Shown here: positions 56,555-64,000 of the stretch, one piece after another
Numbering within the stretch: position 1 is the stretch's first letter
Layout: each line of letters begins with the position of its first letter
Source of the DNA: an uncultured Candidatus Saccharibacteria bacterium
Lineage (GTDB): Bacteria; Patescibacteriota; Saccharimonadia; Saccharimonadales; AWTP1-31
Assembly (NCBI GenBank): GCA_937903325.1
Contig: CALCZR010000058.1
Span: forward strand, 65,034-129,033
DNA length: 64,000 nt
Direction: 5' to 3'
Position numbers and translations under genes: made by a program
Notes under the pieces: model-generated
Told to the model about the DNA's origin: nothing
Databases searched by the model: none
The model's input: only the letters and a program-made list of their open reading frames with translations

Positions 56555-56582
56555 TAGCTAGCTGTAGCTAACGTTGATAATG

Positions 56583-56657
56583 TAGTTCCAATAGAGTCTA
56601 CGATGGCCCTCCAATCCAGTTATGTTTAAAGTCCTCAGAAACGGGGAGTTTTTCTTA
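56583..56657 (+). repeat. cassette-boundary element copy C (full)
   Basis: TAGTTCCAAT-AGAGTC-TACGATGGCC-CTCCAATCCAGTTATGTTTAAAGTCCTC-AGAAAC-GGGGAGTTTTTCTTATGCTTGCA. Confidence 0.85.
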
Positions 56658-56694
56658 TGCTTGCATTGTGACAGGGGTATTGTATATTCATTGG

Positions 56695-57657
56695 ATGGCC
56701 TCAGTAGAAGCTCCTGTACGGATTGCCACCCAAGGTAATCAATATTCATATCATGCCCATGCTGCACGGATGGCTGTTGGTGCAGCTATCGAGGCAGTCG
56801 ATTTTAGCAAGTTCGATGACGTAGTAGCGGCAAGTCGACGAAAAGATCCCGGACTTGGCGTAATAGCGATTAACACTGCCGCCGGGGCGGTAGAGGCTTC
56901 TGCGAAGGCTATGTTTGGCAAGCGAACTTCAGCTTTACCTTGGATTGTAGCAAGGGAAGATGTACCAATCCAGCTTGCACTTATTAGTTCACATGAACAA
57001 ACAATAGCAGAGCTACAACGCGGCGGTGTCAGGTGTGTCGCACAGGCAGCAGCTGCAAGGCAAAGTTACGACCTGCTTAAAGAGCAGTTTCCGCGTATGC
57101 GTATCCGAGATAATGGTCCCGAGTCCACTCGTTGCATTCGTACTGTCGTTGAGCGTGGCGATCGTAACTTTCTTACCATTGGCCCTGCTCATGCAGCCGA
57201 GCCAATGGGTGGCTTTATCGTCGAAGGACAAGAACGGGTTAGCCCGGAGGGTAATGTGACAAGTTTTTACGTGCTCCAGAGGGATCCAAGGGAACAAATA
57301 CTACCGGCTGATGCAGATAAATCAGAGAACCTAACCGTACTTGCCATAGCATACCCCGAGGGAGAAGGTGAACTGGCTAAGTGTTTAGAAGTTGCCGAGA
57401 CCATAGGACTTGAAGCAGTGCGATACATGCCCTATAACCCTAGAGATTCAACGAGGCATAATCCTAATCTCAAGCGTGATGGGGGGATTCTGGAGGTGCG
57501 TGGAGGTTATTTTGACGAACATATTACCGAGTTTTGTGCGCAAGTTAACCAGCTTCAGGCGATTGACGGCGCGGATGGTCCTTTCAACGGCAAGCGCCTT
57601 GGGCAATATCAATGGTATCCTGGTGATGTTATTGACCTTCAAGCCCTTGCGACATAA
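56695..57657 (+). CDS. cassette 3: divergent prephenate-dehydratase-like protein (PDT plus ACT-like)
   Basis: VRIATQGNQYSYHAHAA...GVIAINTAAGAVEAS...NVTSFYVL...LAIAYPEGEGELAKCLEV resembles PheA by eye. The ATG at 56695 lies 6 nt after TATATT. Confidence 0.5.
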   Translation: MASVEAPVRIATQGNQYSYHAHAARMAVGAAIEAVDFSKFDDVVAASRRKDPGLGVIAINTAAGAVEASAKAMFGKRTSALPWIVAREDVPIQLALISSHEQTIAELQRGGVRCVAQAAAARQSYDLLKEQFPRMRIRDNGPESTRCIRTVVERGDRNFLTIGPAHAAEPMGGFIVEGQERVSPEGNVTSFYVLQRDPREQILPADADKSENLTVLAIAYPEGEGELAKCLEVAETIGLEAVRYMPYNPRDSTRHNPNLKRDGGILEVRGGYFDEHITEFCAQVNQLQAIDGADGPFNGKRLGQYQWYPGDVIDLQALAT

Positions 57658-57661
57658 AAAT

Positions 57662-57730
57662 TAGTTGCAATAAATTCCACGATGGCCTCCAATCCCAGTT
57701 ATATTCAAAAGCTTCTTCGGAAGTCTTTTC
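57662..57730 (+). repeat. cassette-boundary element copy D (full, diverged hairpin)
   Basis: TAGTTGCAAT-AAATTC-CACGATGGCC-TCCAATCCCAGTTATATTCAAAAGCTTC-TTCG-GAAGTCTTTTC. Confidence 0.8.
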
Positions 57731-57748
57731 ATTAGCTATACTTAGTGC

Positions 57749-58573
57749 ATGTCAGATCGTAATCCAAGAATATTCATTTTGTCTGGATATCGCATGACTT
57801 CTCAAATAGTTTGCGAAGCTGTAACTACTGCGCTACCAGCAGATATCGGGTTATACAGAATTCCGTATTCGCAGTGGTTTAGCTGGGTAGCATATAGGAT
57901 TAAGCGTTTTGGTGCGATGACAATGATCGGGCATATCGGACTGTCACTATACCTAAGTTTTCGGACAGTGCTACTTCGCTTTAATAGACACGCTTGGAGT
58001 AAAACAAGTCATTACACACTTCCTGACCGAGCTGTGAGTCTGAAATCCGAACGAGCACTCCTGGACAAGTTTAAGAGTGCAGATGCTGTGCTGCTGATGG
58101 AACCGTTCCGCTTACCGAGATCAGCCTACTCTAATAAATCGACAACATACTTAGAAGTTGTTTGGGGCGGAACGCCAGACTATATGGGGGATAGCGCTGG
58201 CTGGTGGCAGAAAGTAAATGAGGATGGAACGAGTACGAGCGTGAGTATAATTCAAAGGGCTGGTGAAGCGTCGGATCTAACGTTACTGGCAGCTTGGGAG
58301 GTCCCGCTTGAGCCCAACTATACCATTGGTAGGGTACGTCTTGAACAGGCAAAGGTGCTCATGAAGCAGCTTCCAATATTCCTAAAACAATATACGGTGA
58401 ATAAACCAATGCAGAACAAGTCGGTAGTAAGACGACAAAGTGGTTATAGTTACGTCTCGCCTACACTGGGAGAATACCTTAGATACAATCGGGCAAAAGT
58501 TGTGCCAGAGTCAGTGATTAATCGACGCAGAAGTCGTGTTGACTATAAAGTGAGGGTACATGAAGTTAAATAG
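57749..58573 (+). CDS. cassette 4, gene a: hypothetical protein
   Basis: 274 aa. TATACT lies 6 nt before the ATG. There is a faint formyltransferase-like pattern (RIFILSG..TPDYMG), which I do not trust. Confidence 0.55.
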   Translation: MSDRNPRIFILSGYRMTSQIVCEAVTTALPADIGLYRIPYSQWFSWVAYRIKRFGAMTMIGHIGLSLYLSFRTVLLRFNRHAWSKTSHYTLPDRAVSLKSERALLDKFKSADAVLLMEPFRLPRSAYSNKSTTYLEVVWGGTPDYMGDSAGWWQKVNEDGTSTSVSIIQRAGEASDLTLLAAWEVPLEPNYTIGRVRLEQAKVLMKQLPIFLKQYTVNKPMQNKSVVRRQSGYSYVSPTLGEYLRYNRAKVVPESVINRRRSRVDYKVRVHEVK

Positions 58574-59213
58574 CCGCTATCAGGTTGCACTATTCGCTGT
58601 TGCTGTGTTTATAGTTTTATTTTTGCACGATAGTAATCTCTATCCTCAGTTATCAAATGCACATCGCTTTGTTTTAAGCTCGCTACGGTTCACTCTACTG
58701 GCTGGCCCAGTATTGCTTTCCGTTATGCTTAAGCACACAAAACTGTCTAGCGTTAGAGCTGTCATTTCGGTCGCATTAGCATTGTTCATCCCATATACGT
58801 TGTACAGTGTTACTGAAATCAGGCATATCACAGAGTTGTGTCCCGTACACTCTGTAACATACTTTACCGATAGCTGCAGTCTTTCCAGTTGGAAACTCTT
58901 GCCGCCAATCGTCTATGCCATGATTGGCATAGCAGTATATGGTGTGTGTTTACAACAGCTGAATGTTCGGAGAATGAGGTGGTGGCTGGGGCTGTTTGTA
59001 CTGTATATCGCTCTTGCTTCACAGTTTGCACTACAAAGCAGATTGAACATTTGGAATATTGCCACCCAGCCGGCTGATGTACTAAATGAGCTAATCAAGG
59101 CTGCTACAGCGAAAGAGTTTTGGCTGAACAGCGGGGCTTACTTTCTATTCTTTATGGCTATAACGGCTGTAATTACTCATTCAGTTAATAACATGGCCTT
59201 TAAACAGAAGTGA
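58560..59213 (+). CDS. cassette 4, gene b: polytopic membrane protein
   Basis: 217 aa with about 6 TM helices. Overlaps the upstream gene by 14 nt. Confidence 0.55.
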   Translation: MKLNSRYQVALFAVAVFIVLFLHDSNLYPQLSNAHRFVLSSLRFTLLAGPVLLSVMLKHTKLSSVRAVISVALALFIPYTLYSVTEIRHITELCPVHSVTYFTDSCSLSSWKLLPPIVYAMIGIAVYGVCLQQLNVRRMRWWLGLFVLYIALASQFALQSRLNIWNIATQPADVLNELIKAATAKEFWLNSGAYFLFFMAITAVITHSVNNMAFKQK

Positions 59214-59219
59214 AGAGTT

Positions 59220-59252
59220 TAGTTGCGATAACATCTACGATGGCCGCTCCAA
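59220..59252 (+). repeat. cassette-boundary element copy E (left arm and core only)
   Basis: TAGTTGCGAT-AACATC-TACGATGGCC-GCTCCAA, after which the sequence diverges (AACTAAC...). No right arm or hairpin. Confidence 0.8.
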
Positions 59253-59258
59253 AACTAA

Positions 59259-60185
59259 CTAAAACCACTTGTTCCGCTTGAAGAAGGCAGCAGCAAATCC
59301 AATAAAGCCACCGGTTATGCTAAGGATAATCCAAAAGGCATTAGGGTTGTGTGCTGCTGGCAGGGCAATATTCATGCTATAGATACCGGTAATCAGGGTA
59401 AAGATACCCATAAGTATCGTGATGCTGGTCATGAGCTTGAAGACCTTGTTTAGGCTATTGGCCATAATAGTCGCGTAGGCTTCACGAATGTTACGCAGCG
59501 TAGTCAAACGTGACTGCGCAAGCAGCGTTAGCTCCTGATTCCCCAACGAGAGGTCTTCGATTAGATCTTTGTCTTCTTCATAGAGACGCATAAAGCGTCC
59601 GTTGAGCAATGAATTAAGCACCGCTGCCATTGGCTCAAGTACAAGTAAGAAATCGTTAAGATCTTCTTCGATGTCGATAAAACCAATGAAGTCCCTGTTG
59701 GTGATCTGGTCTTTATCCAGGTGAGACCGCGTTTGCAGAATTCGGCGGCTTGCCGTGTTGATACGCCGCTTGTAGCCTCCGTTAATTGCCTGCAGGATCT
59801 CGAGGATCAGCTGAGCACGCTTGCTGGTAATAATACCGAACGGGCCCTTGGTGATTTGCTCCAGGTGTGTAAAGGTTTGTTCACAGATCGTGATAGTAAC
59901 ACCTTTGGTATAGACAATAAGTAGTGGGGCAGTGGTTATCTTTTCGGCTTCAGGCAGGCAGAAACGGGTAAATATATATACTTGTTCACCATCCCGTTCG
60001 ATACGGGGCGACTCGTTAGGGTCAATGCCGTCCTTAAGCAGGTCGAGGTCTAGCTTGTGTTCAACACTGAGGGCGGTAAGGTCGTCTTCTGTCGGAGACT
60101 CTAAGTGAATCCAAGCACCATCTGTTACTTGGGTAAGCTCTGCCAGCTCCGGGGACTTTGTCGAGCTATGGAATATTCTTGTCAT
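59259..60185 (-). CDS. corA: CorA-family divalent cation transporter (YSMN variant of the GMN motif)
   Basis: Two C-terminal TM helices around GIYSMNI, with a cytoplasmic CorA-like N-terminal domain. Confidence 0.8.
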   Translation of the reverse strand: MTRIFHSSTKSPELAELTQVTDGAWIHLESPTEDDLTALSVEHKLDLDLLKDGIDPNESPRIERDGEQVYIFTRFCLPEAEKITTAPLLIVYTKGVTITICEQTFTHLEQITKGPFGIITSKRAQLILEILQAINGGYKRRINTASRRILQTRSHLDKDQITNRDFIGFIDIEEDLNDFLLVLEPMAAVLNSLLNGRFMRLYEEDKDLIEDLSLGNQELTLLAQSRLTTLRNIREAYATIMANSLNKVFKLMTSITILMGIFTLITGIYSMNIALPAAHNPNAFWIILSITGGFIGFAAAFFKRNKWF

Positions 60186-60315
60186 GAAACGTCTTTCTAT
60201 TTTTGAACTTCTTAGATCCTAGTATAGATCACCTGTATCACAGCAGGCAACCTGAAACAGATATGACACGGGTCGCTGCTTTATACTTGAGGCCCTTTAC
60301 TCTATACTTCCGGCT

Positions 60316-60939
60316 ATGGGGCAACCTATTAAAACCGACTTAAACATTCCATTTAGCCAAGAGGTTTCTGAGTGGCTTGCCGGCAAACAGACCAAAACTC
60401 TGGGCACCATGATCGATATGTTCGAACAGAAGAGTTTTGCCATTGTCTTTCTCTTAATGCTGAGTGTGCCGGCACTACCCGTCACTACCGGTGGCATAAC
60501 CCACATCTTACTACTCCCCGTTTCCTTTATCGCGGCCGCGCAGATGTTGGTTGGTCGCCGTTCACTCTGGATGCCACAACGCTTTCGGAAGATCTCACTG
60601 GAAGGTCGGATCCTCAAACGAGCCCTGCCATTCATGGTCAGGCGCATCAAGTGGTTTGAGAAGTATTCCCGGCCTCGGCTCAGCGGACTGCTCGAGAATA
60701 ACATCATCCGCTCAATCTTGGGGTTCATAGTGCTACTCTGTACGGCCGGAGCATTCTTCGCCGTACCGTTCTCTGGTCTCGACACTCTCCCAGCGCTTGG
60801 GGGTGTGATCATAGCATTAGCCATTATCTTAGAAGACTTTGCGCTCAGTATCTTAGGTATTGTAGTGGGCATGGTCGGTATCGGCCTAATCATCGGCTCA
60901 GGTGCCGCTATTACCTCACTCTTGCAACACGCGTTCTAG
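60316..60939 (+). CDS. ExoD-family membrane protein
   Basis: EQKSFAIVFLLMLSVPALPVTTGGITH and RRSLWMP motifs. The antisense ORF 60297..60893 was rejected. Confidence 0.75.
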   Translation: MGQPIKTDLNIPFSQEVSEWLAGKQTKTLGTMIDMFEQKSFAIVFLLMLSVPALPVTTGGITHILLLPVSFIAAAQMLVGRRSLWMPQRFRKISLEGRILKRALPFMVRRIKWFEKYSRPRLSGLLENNIIRSILGFIVLLCTAGAFFAVPFSGLDTLPALGGVIIALAIILEDFALSILGIVVGMVGIGLIIGSGAAITSLLQHAF

Positions 60940-60956
60940 TAGCGCTGCCAGATGTA

Positions 60957-61451
60957 TTAACTTTTCTTTGCGTATCGGTAGACATGCCAGCTACCGCTGC
61001 TTGTATGTGCAGTCTTTTTGCTCACAATAGGAAAGATGTAGCTCACCAGCAGCGCAGAGGGCTTTAGTTCTGTAGCTGCCTTGCGATCTAGCTTTGGCAT
61101 TGTGCGAGGTACCAGAAAGGCCATGACAACATCTGCTTTACTCAGATCTGCTTTCCAGAGATCCCCCAGCATTACAGTCGTGTTCGGTTGTCCTAAGCAA
61201 CGGAGCCAGGCAACGACCCACAGAAAGGGATTTAGTTCGTACCCAATAGCCTGAGCACCTCGAGCTGCAGCTGCTTTGACCAGGCGACCGTCACCACAAC
61301 CAAGTTCATAGAAGACATCGCCTTTCTTGAGTTTGACATCGTCCAGGAGTTTCTCGATGTCAAAGGAACGAGCAGGCACCCAGGGAGCACCTGAGATACT
61401 AGTGACCATAAAGATAAGGGCGACAAGTAGAAATATACCAAGAAAGACCAT
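60957..61451 (-). CDS. class I SAM-dependent methyltransferase with N-terminal TM helix
   Basis: Motif I in VFYELGCGDGRL. Confidence 0.8.
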   Translation of the reverse strand: MVFLGIFLLVALIFMVTSISGAPWVPARSFDIEKLLDDVKLKKGDVFYELGCGDGRLVKAAAARGAQAIGYELNPFLWVVAWLRCLGQPNTTVMLGDLWKADLSKADVVMAFLVPRTMPKLDRKAATELKPSALLVSYIFPIVSKKTAHTSSGSWHVYRYAKKS

Positions 61452-61513
61452 TCAGCCTATTATACCGGAACGGGGGTATCAGCCCCTCGCAATGTTGTAT
61501 ACTGCTAGTAGTT

Positions 61514-62809
61514 ATGAATCTAAACAAAAAGTTATCTCTGTCAGACCTCCCAAACATTAGCCTCAACGTTAACCCAGTGACCTTAGCAGATATTCTGTTC
61601 CAAAAGGACAAACGCATCCGCGTATTCCTTGAACTCGAGCCTGACAAGCGCATCGATATGCTGCGCTCAGTCACTAAGGCTGTACGAAAAGACCTACTCC
61701 GCAAGTTACCAGAAGAAGAGCTAGTAAAACTGCTCCAGACGCTATCGCCAACTGAGGCGACAGATCTGTTGCAACTACTTAGCAAAGCCAAACGAGAACG
61801 CGTACTGAGTGGAGTAAGCCAAGAGCTCAAAGACTCACTGTCTACGCTACTGGCCTTTGACCCGGAAACGGCAGCGGGGCTCATGAACCTGGATTACATA
61901 CAGGTGGAGGCAAGTGAGAATATTGAGGCGGCAGCTAAGAAGTTCATGCGCCACGAACAGCAAACCGGACGACCACCGGTCATTATCATAATGGACCAAG
62001 GCAAAGCTATTGGTACACTACCAGGTCACCGATTGGGCCTCGCTGCCAAGAGTGAACTTATTGGTAAGTACAGTAAGAAGCTACTAACCGTAACGTATGC
62101 TGCGCGGCACCGAGATGTGGTAGCTCTATTTCAGGCCAACCCGCATAACAAGATTGCCGTACTAAACGACAGTAACGAAGTAGTTGGCATTATCTACTCC
62201 GACGACATGCTCAAGATCCTGCAAGACGACCAAGCATCTTCACTGTATAACTTTGCTGGTATCGTCCAGTCAGAAAGCGTTACTGACTCTGCCAAAGCTA
62301 AAGTAAAGAACCGCTACCGCTGGCTGATTATTAACTTAGCTACCGCATTCCTGGCATCCTTTACCGTTGGTCGGTTTGAACCGGTACTCAGTAAGTACGT
62401 GCTACTTGCTGTCTACATGCCAATCGTGGCTGGCATGGGTGGTAACGCTGCCACCCAAACCCTTGCAGTACAGGTGCGAGGTATTGCCTTGAAGCAGATC
62501 GAACTCAAGACTGCCTGGAAGACCCTGCGCAATGAACTGGGGGCAGGCCTCATGAACGGCCTTATTAACGGCGTGCTCGTGGCAGCTGTAGTAATGGTCC
62601 TGAATCGAGATGCCAAGATCGCCATTATTCTAGCCATGGCCATGATCATTAACCTCCTGGTAGCAGGCTTTTTTGGAACACTCGTACCACTCATCATGCA
62701 GAAGCTTGGTAAAGACCCCGCAACCTCTGCGACCATCTTTATTACAACTGCAACTGACATCTTAGGCTTTATGGCCTTCTTGGGACTGGCTACGATAATC
62801 CTGAAGTAG
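61514..62809 (+). CDS. mgtE: magnesium transporter MgtE
   Basis: MgtE N-domain, a CBS pair, and a TM domain containing PIVAGMGGNAATQ and TATDILGF. Confidence 0.95.
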   Translation: MNLNKKLSLSDLPNISLNVNPVTLADILFQKDKRIRVFLELEPDKRIDMLRSVTKAVRKDLLRKLPEEELVKLLQTLSPTEATDLLQLLSKAKRERVLSGVSQELKDSLSTLLAFDPETAAGLMNLDYIQVEASENIEAAAKKFMRHEQQTGRPPVIIIMDQGKAIGTLPGHRLGLAAKSELIGKYSKKLLTVTYAARHRDVVALFQANPHNKIAVLNDSNEVVGIIYSDDMLKILQDDQASSLYNFAGIVQSESVTDSAKAKVKNRYRWLIINLATAFLASFTVGRFEPVLSKYVLLAVYMPIVAGMGGNAATQTLAVQVRGIALKQIELKTAWKTLRNELGAGLMNGLINGVLVAAVVMVLNRDAKIAIILAMAMIINLLVAGFFGTLVPLIMQKLGKDPATSATIFITTATDILGFMAFLGLATIILK

Positions 62810-62833
62810 GCAAGTAGAGTACACTGTAGCTAC

Positions 62834-63337
62834 ATGGAAGATTCCAACAAACTAATCCAGGAGCGTATTCAGCGAGCTAAAGAGCTCCTCAAAGTTCGGC
62901 ATGCCAGCATGGCAACCGTTAACGAAGATGGATCACCACACAATAGTCCATATCGTTTTATGTATAGCCCAGATCTTACAAAGCTATATTGGGGCTCCCA
63001 CCCAGGCTCTCTCCACTCACAGAACATCCTCCGAACTGGACAATTGTTTGTAGCCGTTTACGATGCGTATGAGCGAGGTGGGCTATACATCAAAGCTAGC
63101 AATGGACACATCGCCGACGGAGGCGAACTAACCGAAGCCTTAGCGGTACATAACAAACTCCGAACTGAGAACAACGAGACGCCCATTGAGCGTAGTTACT
63201 ACGAAGGCGATGGCCCTCAACGAATGTGGGTAGCCGACATTACAGAGCTGTCTATTAACTACTCCGAGAAGAATGAACAAGGTTTGTTAGTCCAGGATCT
63301 ACGTCGTGAAATTACGGCAAACGATCTGCTGACCTAG
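62834..63337 (+). CDS. pyridoxamine 5'-phosphate oxidase-family (general-stress-26-like) protein
   Basis: ASMATVNEDGSPHNSPYRF pattern. Confidence 0.7.
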   Translation: MEDSNKLIQERIQRAKELLKVRHASMATVNEDGSPHNSPYRFMYSPDLTKLYWGSHPGSLHSQNILRTGQLFVAVYDAYERGGLYIKASNGHIADGGELTEALAVHNKLRTENNETPIERSYYEGDGPQRMWVADITELSINYSEKNEQGLLVQDLRREITANDLLT

Positions 63338-63354
63338 CAAAGTACTAGTTTGTT

Positions 63355-64000
63355 TTAAAATCCACCAGTTCGTAGAGCCTCAATAGGATCTTTTCGGGCT
63401 GCCTTGATAGCTGGGATAGTACCAAACACAATACCAACCGCAATGGACACACCGGCTGCAATAACGACCACTTGCCAGGTAATAAACGGATGGAAGTTGG
63501 TGGTAATACGCAGCATATAGTTCACAAAGAACGATACTACGACTCCTACAATACCGCCGGCAAGACTGAGGACAATGGCTTCTGCCATAAACTGGTTACG
63601 GATCTGCCTGTTAGTCGCGCCTACAGCCTTACGAATACCAATCTCATGGGTACGTTCGCTGATCGACACCAGCATAATGTTCATGATGCCAATTCCGCCA
63701 ACCAGTAGGGAAATGGCAGCAATACTAGCTACAAAGCCAGTAAGCAGTGTCAGCATGTCATTGGTTACCATGACGTTCTCGTCCTGACGCAGGATGGTAA
63801 TGTCGTGCTGGCCGCCATGTGCCTTAGCAAGATTAGCGGTCAAGTCGTTCATGACCTTAGGAGTTTGGTCGAGGTTATCTGGTCGAATAAGAATCTGGAC
63901 AAGCTGCGTGGAGCCTTTTGCCACTTCGTTCAGCATAGTACGCGGGACAAAAACTGCTTTGTTAAGATCAATGCCTTGGCCAATAGTAGTGCTACCAAAC
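63355..64000 (-). CDS. MacB/FtsX-type ABC permease; 5' part lies beyond the window
   Basis: FtsX C-terminal domain (ISERTHEIGIRKAVGATNRQIRNQF and PAIKAARKDPIEALR). The reading frame stays open to the window edge. Confidence 0.85.
   Translation of the reverse strand, partial: FGSTTIGQGIDLNKAVFVPRTMLNEVAKGSTQLVQILIRPDNLDQTPKVMNDLTANLAKAHGGQHDITILRQDENVMVTNDMLTLLTGFVASIAAISLLVGGIGIMNIMLVSISERTHEIGIRKAVGATNRQIRNQFMAEAIVLSLAGGIVGVVVSFFVNYMLRITTNFHPFITWQVVVIAAGVSIAVGIVFGTIPAIKAARKDPIEALRTGGF

Noticed and set aside
55589-59252. The cassette-boundary repeats might be integron attC sites.
   Set aside because: I could not find the RYYYAAC / GTTRRRY core pair or the imperfect-palindrome R''-L''/L'-R' architecture. 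The candidates GTTGCGA, GTTATGT and GTTTAAA break the purine rule. No intI-like gene is present. The cassettes also carry their own promoters, unlike classical integron cassettes.

Overview
A gene-dense 64-kb bacterial window. The gene content looks like a small-genome, Gram-positive-type organism: LPXTG-like sorting signals, giant surface proteins, few biosynthetic genes. It may be Saccharibacteria/CPR-like, but that is inference only.

Ordinary content:
- An F1Fo ATP synthase operon on the minus strand, in the order atpB-E-F-H-A-orf-G-orf-D.
- smpB, a Nudix hydrolase, tRNA-Asn(GTT) and glmS.
- A Crp/Fnr regulator and an OmpR/histidine-kinase pair.
- corA, mgtE, terC-family and yihY-family genes.
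- A GT2 glycosyltransferase next to two tandem glycoside-hydrolase-like paralogs.

Unusual content:
1. Two diverged IS1595-family transposons carry cargo, at 13612..17839 and 41145..47858. Each has terminal inverted repeats and a perfect 8-bp target-site duplication that I read directly from the sequence. Both share the same module: a leaderless transposase, a replication-relaxation-like protein, large secreted beta-helix or propeller proteins ending in xxTG sorting signals, and a small membrane ORF beside the right inverted repeat.
2. A translationally coupled six-gene operon lies at 29241..41133. It encodes two paralogous giant surface proteins (1403 and 1526 aa), a small membrane protein, a MacB/FtsX-type ABC transporter and an orphan receiver protein. 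The second transposon sits 3 nt upstream of its first gene.
3. A cassette-like array lies at about 55.57..59.25 kb. One- or two-gene units are separated by five copies of a conserved 70-75-nt element. The end copies are half-sites, and the left boundary looks like a tRNA 3' end. This is the layout expected for serial site-specific integration.
4. Two extra, tightly coupled ORFs sit inside the ATP synthase operon.
5. An ABC-F/MFS/P-loop-kinase operon follows a 7-codon leader peptide and a terminator/antiterminator attenuator.
6. Many first genes show a recurrent TAnnnT-N6-ATG (leaderless) promoter layout.

No CRISPR array and no rRNA were seen. All family assignments come from motif recognition by eye; no database search was run.
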